This document shows, one piece after another, positions 8,651 through 17,536 of a stretch of DNA of 26,155 nucleotides. Each line of letters opens with the position of its first letter. Position 1 is the stretch's first letter. Source of the DNA: a bacterium (GTDB lineage Bacteria; Hydrothermota; Tepidihabitantia; Tepidihabitantales; Tepidihabitantaceae); assembly GCA_046485285.1 (NCBI GenBank), contig JAWOHE010000047.1, positions 1 to 26,155 on the forward strand, given 5' to 3'. A program made the position numbers and the translations under genes. The notes beneath the pieces were generated by a model. That model had not been told where the DNA came from. It was given only the letters and a program-made list of their open reading frames with translations, and searched no databases.

Positions 8651-9946
8651 TTACGGGTAGACCTTCTCAAGCATCCGCGGAAACGGGATTGTCTCGCGGA
8701 CGTGGCGGACGCCGCAGAGCCAGGCCACCGTACGTTCGAGACCGAGCCCGAACCCGGCGTGGGGGAACGAACCGTAGCGTCGGACGTCGGCGTACCAGCC
8801 GAACGCGTCGGCCGGGAGCCGGTGCTCGGCGATGCGTTGCTCGAGGACCGCCAGGTCATCCTCGCGCTGGCTGCCGCCGACGATCTCGCCGTAGCCCTCG
8901 GGCGCGATCATGTCGAAGGCCAGGGCGAGCGACTTATCCTCCGGGTCGCGCTTCATGTAGAACGCCTTGATGGCGGCAGGGTAGTGGTGAATCAGCACCG
9001 GTCGGTCGAAGCTCGCGCCGAGCAGGGTCTCGTCCTCGGCACCGAAGTCGTCGCCGAAGCTGATGTCGCGGCCGCGGGCGCGCAGGAGTTCGATCGCCTC
9101 GCGGTAGCTGATACGCGGGAATGGTCGTTTTACCGCCTCGAGCTTGACAAATTCGCGCTCAAGGACCGCAAGCTCGGTTCGGCGCTTGTCGAGGACGCGG
9201 GCGACAGTGGAAGCGACGAGGTCCTCGGCAAGGTCCATATCGCCCTCGAGGTCAAGGAAGGCGACCTCGGGCTCGAGCATCCAGAACTCGGACAGGTGGC
9301 GGCGGGTTTTTGACTTCTCAGCCCGGAAGGTGGGGCCGAAGCAGTAGGTCCGGCGCACCGCGGCGCAGAGCGCCTCGTTGTACAGCTGGCCGGACTGGGT
9401 GAGGAAGACCTGCTCGCCGTAGTAGTCGACCGGGAACAGGGTCGTCGTGCCCTCGCAGGCGGCCGGGGTGAGGATCGGCGTGTCACCGAGCACGAAGTCG
9501 TGGTCGTCGAGGTAGTCCCGCATCGCCTTGACGACTTCGGAGCGGATGCGAAGAACGGCGTGCTGGCGGGCCGACCGGAGCCAAAGGTGACGGTGGGCCA
9601 TCAGGAACTCGGTGCCGTGCTCCTTCGGGGTTATCGGATACGGCTCGGCGCGATGGATGAGCTGGAGGCCGGTGCCGGTCAGTTCGTAGCCGCCGGTGGC
9701 GCGCTTGTCGGACCGGACCAACCCGGTTACCCGGACCGACGACTCCTGGGTCACCGAGTCGGCAAGCTCGAAGTCAGCGTCCGGTACCTCACCCTTGACG
9801 AAGACGCACTGGATGACGCCGGTACCGTCGCGGATGATGAGGAAGCGGATGCGGCCCGAGGAGCGTTTGTTGTGAACCCAGCCGGTCAGTGTTGCGGGTT
9901 GGCCGTCGAGCCCGCCGATTCGTTCGACCGTGATGTTCGCCTGCAT
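8651..9946 (-). CDS. asnS: Asparagine--tRNA ligase
   Basis: OB-fold GWVHNKRSSGRIRFLIIRDGTG, HRHLWLRS, LTQSGQLYNE, FRAEKSKTRRHLSEFWMLEPE, GEIVGGSQRE, RRYGSFPHAGFGLGLER. Confidence 0.96.
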   Translation of the reverse strand: MQANITVERIGGLDGQPATLTGWVHNKRSSGRIRFLIIRDGTGVIQCVFVKGEVPDADFELADSVTQESSVRVTGLVRSDKRATGGYELTGTGLQLIHRAEPYPITPKEHGTEFLMAHRHLWLRSARQHAVLRIRSEVVKAMRDYLDDHDFVLGDTPILTPAACEGTTTLFPVDYYGEQVFLTQSGQLYNEALCAAVRRTYCFGPTFRAEKSKTRRHLSEFWMLEPEVAFLDLEGDMDLAEDLVASTVARVLDKRRTELAVLEREFVKLEAVKRPFPRISYREAIELLRARGRDISFGDDFGAEDETLLGASFDRPVLIHHYPAAIKAFYMKRDPEDKSLALAFDMIAPEGYGEIVGGSQREDDLAVLEQRIAEHRLPADAFGWYADVRRYGSFPHAGFGLGLERTVAWLCGVRHVRETIPFPRMLEKVYP

Positions 9947-9952
9947 CGCCCG

Positions 9953-10019
9953 ATTGTAGCCCGGACGCCCCGGCAGTCAATACCCTGCCGGTTGACGGCC
10001 GCGGCCGGCGCGGTAACAT
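9953..10019. promoter_or_regulatory. Back-to-back sigma70 promoters for asnS and the asparaginase
   Basis: Minus strand: TTGACT(9980-9975)-16 nt-TACAAT(9958-9953). Plus strand: TTGACG(9992-9997)-16 nt-TAACAT(10014-10019). Confidence 0.7.
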
Positions 10020-10026
10020 TCCGGCG

Positions 10027-11568
10027 ATGTTTCCGGACCTGCCGGCGACCGGCCTTGACCCGGACAACCGGGGTGAGGGGGTTCTGCTGATCTACACCGG
10101 CGGTACGATTGGGAGCATGCCATCGGACCCCGAGGACCCGGATAGTCCCCGTGTCGCGGTGCCCTGGCCGGAGTTCCGGCGTCGGACCCCGGCGCTGAAC
10201 CGGCGGCTGGCAGACGGCGCGCCGAACCCGGCCTGGATTGGATTCAATGTTGATGCATATTGGACCGAGCCGCGGGATTCCTGCAATGTCGGGCCGCAAC
10301 AGTGGGTCGAGCTGGCGCGGGTCATCGAGGCCGGCCACGACCGGTACGAGGGTTTCGTCATCCTCCACGGAACCGACACGATGGCCTACACCGCCTCCGC
10401 GCTGTCGTTCATGCTCGAGAACCTCGCCAAGCCGGTCATCCTGACCGGCGCCCAGCGCTCGCATCTCTTCAATGCCCGCAACGACGCGACCCAGAACATG
10501 ATCTCGGCGCTGATGCTCGCAAACCCGGGCTACGCCCGCCTGCCGGTCATCCCGGAGGTGGCGATATTCTTCAACCGTACGCTCCTGCGCGGGAATCGGG
10601 CCCGCAAGGTCAACGCGACCGGCTATGACGCCTACCAGTCGCCCAACTACCCGCCGCTGGCCATCGCCGGGGAGCGGATCACGGTCGACCCGCTTCTACT
10701 TCGGCGCCGGCCGGCCGAGCGGCGGCTCCGCGTCCGCGCCACGCTCGAGCCAAACGTCGTGCCGGCGAGCTTCTTCCCGGGTATCCAGGACGGCCGGATG
10801 CTCGGGAGCATCCTCGATGACCCGAACCTGCGCGGGGTAGTCCTGCTGACCTACGGGGCGGGCAACATCCCAACCAGCCCGGCGGTGCTCGACGCGATCC
10901 GGCGGGCGACCGGCCGGGGCGTGGTGGCGTTGGCGGTGACCCAGTGTGGCGGCGGGCGGGTTGACCTCGGGATGTACGAGACCAGCGTCAAGCTGATTGA
11001 TGCCGGCGTCGTCAGCGGCGTAGACGTGACGCCTGAGGCCGCGCTGACCAAGTTGATGGTCCTGCTCGGCGACCCGGACCTCGGCCCGGCTGACGCCGCA
11101 CGGCTGGCCCAACAGGACCTGGCCGGCGAACAGAGCCTGTCGGTGCACGTCACCCGGTTCGACCAGGCCGACCGGACCGAGTTAACCGTGGCTGGGAACC
11201 GGGCCCGGTTCGCGGCCCGTCGAATCGAGGGGCTGGATGCCGAGGCCGACGACGCTGACGAGGTAGTGCTACGCCTGCGGAGCGCGGAGGTGATCGCGCC
11301 CGCGGGTCGGCGGCTCATCATCCGGCTGTTCACAGACCTGGACCGCGACGCGCCGGCCGACCCGGCCGGCGGGCATTGTATCGGGGAATTTGCCCGGGCG
11401 TCGACCGACCCGGCCGAGTCGGGGAGAACGATGTTCTTCGTCATCACCGGGGCGGCCCGGCGGCTGGCCGGCCACCGCGTCTCGCTGACCATCACGATCG
11501 ACACCGACGACCCCTCCGCCCGGCTGACCTGGCAGTCGGCCGAGGTCGCGGTTTTCCGGCCGGCCTGA
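10027..11568 (+). CDS. ansA: Type I (cytoplasmic) L-asparaginase with ~140-aa C-terminal extension
   Basis: LIYTGGTIGS, GFVILHGTDTMAYTASALSFML, KPVILTGAQ, LRGNRARKV, YGAGNIP, VTQC..GRV, DVTPEAALTKL, DLAGE. Confidence 0.92.
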   Translation: MFPDLPATGLDPDNRGEGVLLIYTGGTIGSMPSDPEDPDSPRVAVPWPEFRRRTPALNRRLADGAPNPAWIGFNVDAYWTEPRDSCNVGPQQWVELARVIEAGHDRYEGFVILHGTDTMAYTASALSFMLENLAKPVILTGAQRSHLFNARNDATQNMISALMLANPGYARLPVIPEVAIFFNRTLLRGNRARKVNATGYDAYQSPNYPPLAIAGERITVDPLLLRRRPAERRLRVRATLEPNVVPASFFPGIQDGRMLGSILDDPNLRGVVLLTYGAGNIPTSPAVLDAIRRATGRGVVALAVTQCGGGRVDLGMYETSVKLIDAGVVSGVDVTPEAALTKLMVLLGDPDLGPADAARLAQQDLAGEQSLSVHVTRFDQADRTELTVAGNRARFAARRIEGLDAEADDADEVVLRLRSAEVIAPAGRRLIIRLFTDLDRDAPADPAGGHCIGEFARASTDPAESGRTMFFVITGAARRLAGHRVSLTITIDTDDPSARLTWQSAEVAVFRPA

Positions 11569-11594
11569 ACCGGCCGCTGCCGCGGGAATCCCGG

Positions 11595-13910
11595 TCAGCG
11601 CGAGGCGAGGATGAAGCGGTGGGTCAGCAGGAGCAGGGAGCGGCTCGGGTCAGCGAGGACGAGGAACCAGGCGCCGGCGGGAAGCGGGCGGCCGGAGTCG
11701 TCGGCGAGTGCGATGCCGGTCGCGCCGGGCGGGAGTGCGCAGCGGGCGCGTCGCCGTCCGGCTGCGTCGTAGATCGTCGCCACCAGCGGGACAGGGCTCG
11801 CGGTTTGCGCCGGGAGCAGGAGGAACCGGCCGCGGATGATGCCAGGCAGGCGGCCGGCGAGCCCGGCGAGTGCCGGCTCGGGTTCCTCTAACGCGATTGT
11901 GCGTGGCGGGTGGATCAGGATTGAGACCGAGTCAGCAGGCCGGCGGCGGGCTGGCTCGCCGTTGCAGCAGTACTCAATGAACCAGCTGTTGCCGCCGTCA
12001 CCGCCTTGGATGCCGACCGTGGAACCGGCTTCGCCGGCGGTCTCGAGGTAGTCGAACCGAATCGTGCCACCCGCGGCGAGTGTGACCGCGAAGTCGGCTG
12101 TCTCTTCGGGCAGGCCATAGCGGGGTACGCCGGACCACGTCAGCCGGTAGGCTTCTGCGTGTCGGTTCTCCAGCACCGCGCCCCGGTTCCTGAGGGTGAG
12201 GTCGTGCCAGAGCGGCGCGATCAGGCCATCGAGGTCGAACGCGGGCAGGCTTCGGTTCGTCGGGGCGACAAGCCCGGAGAGAGACAGGAACCCGTCGACC
12301 GAGACGGCGAGCGCGGTCAGCGTGTCGCCGTAGAATGGGAACGGGAAGGGAAGAGCGCGGACGACCCAGCCGTCGTCCCGGTCCGGGAACCAGCCGGCCA
12401 GAGTGTCGGCATCGGCCGGGGAAGCCCAGTGGAAGCGGACAGTGTCGGGCTCCTGGGTTGATTCCCAGCGGTACCCGAAGCCATCGGGCTCACTGAGCGG
12501 CGTGGTGCGGCATCGGGCGCGGGCGGTGTCGTTGGTCCGGTTGCTGTCAGGTCTCAGGCCGGTCCAGGCCAGGACCGAGTAGACCCGGTTCGGGCCCGGC
12601 ACGAACTGCCCGAGTGTAATCTCGCGGCCGGTGCCGGCCGCAAGCGTGACGAGCGACTCGGCGACGAAGATCTGCTGGCCGCCGGTCGAGTCGCGGACCC
12701 GGAGTCCGGCCGGGAAGAGCTCTGTTGACGTGCCGTAGTTGTGGATTGCGATCGTCGCGCTGGACGGCGTACCGGCGGCGAGTCGGTCACGCGGGGCAAC
12801 TATTGTCCGCAGGGCAACGTCGCTGGAGAAGCGGGCGCGGTACCGGGCTTCGTTCTCACTCCGGTAGGGCAGGGCTCCGGCGTAGCCGCCCGGGACTATT
12901 ACCCAGTCGAGGAGTTCGGCCGCGCCGAAGACGTCGGAGACCGGCGTCGGCTTGTCCGCGCGCCGGGTCCAGCGGTTAGTGGCCGGTTCGAGTTCCCAGA
13001 CCTCGCTGCTGACGGTCCCGCCTGCGGTGACTCCGCCGATGAACTGGGGCCGGCCGCGCTCGACTGCGCCGACCGTACGGCAACGGCGGCGTGCCGGGAT
13101 GGTGTCGATTTCCTGCCAGGCGATCTCGGCCGGGTTGTCCGGGTTGATCGAACCATGCCAGGCGCGGTTGGTCGGGCCATCCGAGGTCCAGCCGGTGGCG
13201 AGGTAGAGGTCGTCGCCGATGACCGCGAGCGAGGTCGCGCCGAGCGGCGCGGGCAGGGGTGAGGCGGGCAGCCAGGTCCCGGCGCCGGGATCGAAGAGCC
13301 AGGCGCGGTCGGTCGGCGGCGAGGACGGTGCCCAGTTGCCGCCGCCGAAGACATAGAGCAGGCTGTCGCGCCAGGCCGCGGCTGCGAAGTCGTGGAGGCT
13401 GTCGGGCAGGGCAGGCGCCAGGGTCCATTCGTTGGCGGCCGGGTTGTAAGTGTCGACGGCGGGCAGGCCGGTGCCGAATTCGACACAGCCGCCGAGGACG
13501 TAGACAAGACCGCCAAGAGCGATCGCGCGGCCGATGCCGCGCCGGCGCGGCAGGGGCGCGAGTTCAGTCCATTCGTCGGCTCCAGGGTCGTAGGCCAGGC
13601 TGGTCTGGTCCATTGAGCCGAAGGCGGTCCGGGTGCCGCCGAAGACGAGGCAGAGGCTGGAGGAATCGGCCGGGTAGGCAGTGACCATGTGGTGGGCGCG
13701 GGCGCGGGGCAGGGGTGCGCGGGTTTCCCAGGTCGGAGAGTAGGAACATCCGGTGTCACGCCGGACGTCCGCCGCGACGCGCGTCACGCCTGGCGTCTGG
13801 GGCGGTTTGTCCGGGTCCAGTCCCGTGCCCGCGCGATGCGCGCGACCCGGCAGCGTCGTTGACGGAATTGCGAGGGCCAGCAGCAGGGTGAGGGTTTGTG
13901 TCGACATCAT
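11595..13910 (-). CDS. Secreted Kelch-repeat protein with CARDB/Ig-like domain, nidogen-like segment and T9SS-like CTD
   Basis: Signal peptide MMSTQTLTLLLALAIP; Kelch blades (YVLGG...YNPAANEWT..P.LP); N..T..TNDT Ig segment; LPFPFPFYG...IAPLWHDL; CTD IYDAAGRR...LPAGAWFLVL. The ORF-track extension to 14267 overlaps the upstream gene. Confidence 0.8.
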   Translation of the reverse strand: MMSTQTLTLLLALAIPSTTLPGRAHRAGTGLDPDKPPQTPGVTRVAADVRRDTGCSYSPTWETRAPLPRARAHHMVTAYPADSSSLCLVFGGTRTAFGSMDQTSLAYDPGADEWTELAPLPRRRGIGRAIALGGLVYVLGGCVEFGTGLPAVDTYNPAANEWTLAPALPDSLHDFAAAAWRDSLLYVFGGGNWAPSSPPTDRAWLFDPGAGTWLPASPLPAPLGATSLAVIGDDLYLATGWTSDGPTNRAWHGSINPDNPAEIAWQEIDTIPARRRCRTVGAVERGRPQFIGGVTAGGTVSSEVWELEPATNRWTRRADKPTPVSDVFGAAELLDWVIVPGGYAGALPYRSENEARYRARFSSDVALRTIVAPRDRLAAGTPSSATIAIHNYGTSTELFPAGLRVRDSTGGQQIFVAESLVTLAAGTGREITLGQFVPGPNRVYSVLAWTGLRPDSNRTNDTARARCRTTPLSEPDGFGYRWESTQEPDTVRFHWASPADADTLAGWFPDRDDGWVVRALPFPFPFYGDTLTALAVSVDGFLSLSGLVAPTNRSLPAFDLDGLIAPLWHDLTLRNRGAVLENRHAEAYRLTWSGVPRYGLPEETADFAVTLAAGGTIRFDYLETAGEAGSTVGIQGGDGGNSWFIEYCCNGEPARRRPADSVSILIHPPRTIALEEPEPALAGLAGRLPGIIRGRFLLLPAQTASPVPLVATIYDAAGRRRARCALPPGATGIALADDSGRPLPAGAWFLVLADPSRSLLLLTHRFILASR

Positions 13911-13963
13911 ACGTGACCGCCGTCGAATGAGACTAAGCTCGGCGCAGGGCCGAGTCAAACGAC

Positions 13964-15109
13964 CTAGTAGCCCCAGCGTCGAGTGCGTCTCTGCCAGGAT
14001 TCGCGGTAGGCGAGGGTAACGACGAGCCGGCCGGCGTACTCGGTGAACCCGCCGCCGGACCGGCGGGCTAGCTCGAGCCCCAGGTCGAGCGCGCCGAACT
14101 CGGGAATCGGAAGACCGGTTCCGAGGTGGAGGCGGTGTTCGGCGACCGGCCAAGCGACCTGGTAGATGCCCCAGCCGACGTCGTAGTAGAGGTCGGCGCG
14201 GGAGTAACCGAGCCGCACCGGGACGTCGCGCGCGAGGAGCAGTTCCCCCCCGCCGCCGATTCGCCACGCGTCGCGCCAGGCGGAGTTGAGGCCGCCGTTC
14301 ACCTCGATTCCGGACCAGGGCCGGTACTCCGCGCCGGCAAAGAGATTAAGTCGGTCGATGGGCGCGAATCGCAGGCCGGCAGCCGCTGACCAAGGCAGGC
14401 TGACCGAGCGCTCGGTGACCGTGTCGCCGATGACACCGTGGACCCGGCGGAGAGTGCGAACGCCGTAGTCGTGACCGGGCGCGAGCCAGGCCCCGAAACC
14501 GAACCGGCCGAGCTCGAGCGCGGCCCCGGCCTTGAACGCATTGCCTACGAAGTCGTTTTCGACCGTGTCAACCGAAATGTAGCTCCCGCCTGAGGCTTCG
14601 AGCCGCCACCTTTCGCGCGCCGCGCCGAGCTGGCGGGAGTACTCGAGCCCGACGCACGCCGCATCAAGAAAGGACCAGGCGATGCCGGCCTTGAGTGCGT
14701 AGACTCCGCCCCGGCTGACGACGTGGTAGCGGTACGGGTTGTCGGGCAGGGATTCGGTCCAGATGTCGAAGTCCTGGTTGAAGGTTTCGTCGAAGCCGAG
14801 CGCGAGCCGCCCGCCGAGCGGCAGGGGCACCGCGGCATGGAAGCCGGCGGGTCGGAAGGTGCCGGTCAGCCGGCTGCCCGCGTCGTCGACGCCGAGCGCG
14901 CCGGCGCCGAGCAGCGCGGCGGAGATGCGGGTCTGGGGCAGGCTGACAAGCCAGGCCGGGTTCTGCCAGCCTAGCGCGGCGACCGCGCCGGTCGCGGCGG
15001 AGCGGGCGTCGGGAGTGCGGCCGATGTCGCCGAGCCCCTGGACGTTAAACCAGGACTGGGCCGGGGCGCAGGCGGCGAACAGGAGGACGGCCAGGAGTCG
15101 GCGCATCAC
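13964..15109 (-). CDS. Outer-membrane beta-barrel protein (FadL/PorV-like superfamily)
   Basis: Signal peptide; N-terminal GLG...DARSAATG...NPA motif; alternating amphipathic strands; VPVRLGY; terminal strand LVVTLAYRESW. Confidence 0.75.
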   Translation of the reverse strand: MMRRLLAVLLFAACAPAQSWFNVQGLGDIGRTPDARSAATGAVAALGWQNPAWLVSLPQTRISAALLGAGALGVDDAGSRLTGTFRPAGFHAAVPLPLGGRLALGFDETFNQDFDIWTESLPDNPYRYHVVSRGGVYALKAGIAWSFLDAACVGLEYSRQLGAARERWRLEASGGSYISVDTVENDFVGNAFKAGAALELGRFGFGAWLAPGHDYGVRTLRRVHGVIGDTVTERSVSLPWSAAAGLRFAPIDRLNLFAGAEYRPWSGIEVNGGLNSAWRDAWRIGGGGELLLARDVPVRLGYSRADLYYDVGWGIYQVAWPVAEHRLHLGTGLPIPEFGALDLGLELARRSGGGFTEYAGRLVVTLAYRESWQRRTRRWGY

Positions 15110-16218
15110 CAGAACCTCCCGGTCGGCGGCATCGCGTAGAGGACGTCGAGCCGGGGCGCGCCGGGCCCGGCAGCCGGCACCCGGAACCGGAAGAGCTGTG
15201 CCCAGTCCGGTTCGGCGGCGAGGTAGAGGCCGAAGTTCGAGTCCGGGTGCGCGGTCCAGTACTGGACGAGCTTGTGGATGTCAAGCACCGCCTCCGGGGT
15301 CGAGTCCGGGCCGACGACGTAGTCGAGCCGGCCCGAGAGGCCGGTCGCGAGGTTCGGATTGCCGCCTCGGCTGCCGGGCGGCTCGAGCAGGCGGCGGACG
15401 CCGAGCGGCAGGGTATCGGACCGGTGGTACTCGACCGCAGGGGTGAAGCGGACTTCGGCCCGCGCGACGGTTGCCTCGGGCGGTATCGAGTCGAGGTTGA
15501 AGCGAAGCCAGGTCCGGAACGCCAGCCCGGAGCCGACCGGCTGGTAGCCAAGGCCGGCGCGGATCGCGATGGTGTCGATGATGTGGGCGTCCTCGCTGGC
15601 GGTGATCGTCCGGGTGGACTTCTTCTCGGCGCCCCAGTAGAGCAGGATGCGGGGCGCGGTCGCGGACGAGAAGGCGGAACTCAGCCCGACGAAGCCGGTG
15701 TCGAGCGGCAGGAGAATGACGCCGTAGGACTCGCTGAGCAACACCGGCATCAGCGAGCGGTCGAGTTCGATGACCAGGCTCTCACCCGCGACGAAGGTGC
15801 CCCGGCAGGCCTCGCGGGTGAGGTAGTCGCCACCAGGGTTGAGCCAGTGGGTACTCGAGTCGGCGATGCGCCAGGTCGCGGCGTCGGCCCGCCAGTCGAC
15901 CGAGCAAGGGTGGGCGACGAAGGCCATCCTGGTGCTGTCGGTCGGGTAGAGGATGAGCTGGGCCTGGGTCAGCGAGTCGAACGAGGTGTCGGGCAGGGCG
16001 AACTTGATCAGCGCCCGAGAGACGTACTGGTCATCCCGGCCGAGGAGCATCGTGTCGGCCGCGCCAAGCGGCGTGTAGCGGATGAAACCGGCCGAGGAGT
16101 CGAGCGCGACGACAAGGCTGTCAGTCGAGGGGATCCGGCCGAGCCCGTCCTCGCCGACCGGCAGGGTGTTGCAGCCGGTGGCCGCGAGCATCAGAAGCGC
16201 GAGTGCGAGCCGGGTCAT
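15106..16218 (-). CDS. Lipoprotein with two DNRLRE-like domains
   Basis: Lipobox [33 protein letters not shown] and RTWLRFNLDSIPPEATVARAEV..LVQYW..NFGL..PRLDVLY. ATGA overlap with the plsX stop. Confidence 0.75.
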   Translation of the reverse strand: MTRLALALLMLAATGCNTLPVGEDGLGRIPSTDSLVVALDSSAGFIRYTPLGAADTMLLGRDDQYVSRALIKFALPDTSFDSLTQAQLILYPTDSTRMAFVAHPCSVDWRADAATWRIADSSTHWLNPGGDYLTREACRGTFVAGESLVIELDRSLMPVLLSESYGVILLPLDTGFVGLSSAFSSATAPRILLYWGAEKKSTRTITASEDAHIIDTIAIRAGLGYQPVGSGLAFRTWLRFNLDSIPPEATVARAEVRFTPAVEYHRSDTLPLGVRRLLEPPGSRGGNPNLATGLSGRLDYVVGPDSTPEAVLDIHKLVQYWTAHPDSNFGLYLAAEPDWAQLFRFRVPAAGPGAPRLDVLYAMPPTGRFW

Positions 16219-17210
16219 TGCGGTGACGCCAGCTCCGCGAAGCGTCGGGCGATGTGGCCGGTGACATCCTCCCGGGCCGCGTCGCAGGCCGAGCGCAGGG
16301 CGTTCTTGATCGCGCGCGAGGTCGAGCGGCCATGGGCAACGACCACCGGCGCCCGGACGCCGAGCATGAGCGCGCCACCGTGTTCCTCGTAGTCCATCCG
16401 GTCGATGAACTCGTGGAGCACCGGCTTCGAGAACCACCGGCGGATGCGATACCTGGACTCGGATTCGAGGTAGTCCTCGAGCATCTCGGCCAGCACCTCG
16501 GCCAGGCCCTCGGCATACTTGAGCAGGACGTTGCCGACGAACCCGTCGCAGACGACGACATCGACCGTGCCCTTCAGTATGTCGTTGCCCTCGACGTTGC
16601 CGGCGAAGTTCAGTTCGCTGTCCTTGAGGAGCCGGTGGGCCTCGACCGAGGTTTCGTTGCCCTTGGAGTCCTCGCGGCCGATGTTGAGGAGCCCGACCCG
16701 GGGGTTGGCCTTGCGAAAGAGCAGGCCGGCCGCGGTCGCGCCCATCATTGCGAACTGGAGGAGCTGGTGCGGCTTGGTGTCGACGTTGGCACCGACGTCG
16801 AGAACCAGCGTGCTGCCCCGGACGTTCGGGAACATTATCCCGAGGGTCGGACGGTGGACGCCGTCGATGACGCCGATCGTCGTGACCGAGAAGGCCATCA
16901 CCGCGCCGGTGTTGCCGGCGGACACCACGCCTTGGACCCGGCCCTCCTTGAGGAGCTGCATCGAGACCGCGATCGAGGAACGGCGCTTGCGCCTGATCGC
17001 CTCGGCCGGCGACTCGTGCATCCCGACGACGTCATCGGCCGGGACGAGCTCGAGCCGGCTGGGAAACGACGTCCCGACGCCCTCGAGAATCTGCGGCTGG
17101 CCGACCAGCGCGACCTCGAGCGACTCGTCCTCCTCGAGCGCGAGCGCGACGCCCTCGAGCTCGGCGCGCGGTGCCGAGTCCGAGCCCATCGCGTCGAGCG
17201 CGATCCTCAC
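16215..17210 (-). CDS. plsX: Phosphate acyltransferase
   Basis: [68 protein letters not shown]; follows rpmF. Confidence 0.96.
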   Translation of the reverse strand: MRIALDAMGSDSAPRAELEGVALALEEDESLEVALVGQPQILEGVGTSFPSRLELVPADDVVGMHESPAEAIRRKRRSSIAVSMQLLKEGRVQGVVSAGNTGAVMAFSVTTIGVIDGVHRPTLGIMFPNVRGSTLVLDVGANVDTKPHQLLQFAMMGATAAGLLFRKANPRVGLLNIGREDSKGNETSVEAHRLLKDSELNFAGNVEGNDILKGTVDVVVCDGFVGNVLLKYAEGLAEVLAEMLEDYLESESRYRIRRWFSKPVLHEFIDRMDYEEHGGALMLGVRAPVVVAHGRSTSRAIKNALRSACDAAREDVTGHIARRFAELASPQ

Positions 17211-17404
17211 TTGGTTTTCTCGGCACCCTTGCTGACGACGATGACTTCCTTGCCGGCGTAGTAGCCGCAGTGCGGGCAGACGCGGTGGGGCATCTTCGGC
17301 TCGTGGCAGTGAGGGCAGTCAACCACTGCCGGCGGCGTCAACTTCCAGTGCGTCCGGCGCTTGCGGCCTCGGGTCTTGGAATGCCTCTTTTTGGGCAACG
17401 GCAT
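17207..17404 (-). CDS. rpmF: 50S ribosomal protein L32 (Zn-ribbon, C+ form)
   Basis: [19 protein letters not shown]...CPHC...[19 protein letters not shown]. Confidence 0.96.
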   Translation of the reverse strand: MPLPKKRHSKTRGRKRRTHWKLTPPAVVDCPHCHEPKMPHRVCPHCGYYAGKEVIVVSKGAEKTK

Positions 17405-17448
17405 AGGATCTTCCTCCTGACAGATAGCAGCAAGATGAACTGACCCCG

Positions 17449-17531
17449 ATTGTATCGCCGGGGGCAAGGACTGTCAACGTCAGCGGTTCCGCGCACGGTT
17501 TTGTTGACATACTTAGACGCGTGAATATCAT
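17449..17531. promoter_or_regulatory. Divergent sigma70 promoters (rpmF operon and GT2 gene)
   Basis: Minus strand: TTGACA(17477-17472)-17 nt-TACAAT(17454-17449). Plus strand: TTGACA(17504-17509)-16 nt-TATCAT(17526-17531). Confidence 0.7.
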
Positions 17532-17536
17532 AGCCG

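Noticed and set aside
10027-11568. GatD-type amidotransferase subunit next to asnS
   Set aside because: It lacks the GatD N-terminal domain, no gatE is seen, and the motifs fit type I asparaginase.
13911-14267. N-terminal extension of the 890-aa ORF (likewise 16219-16437, 8641-8859, 17405-17467, 19705-20016)
   Set aside because: They overlap upstream genes, a promoter or the tRNA; downstream starts have signal peptides, SDs or coupling.
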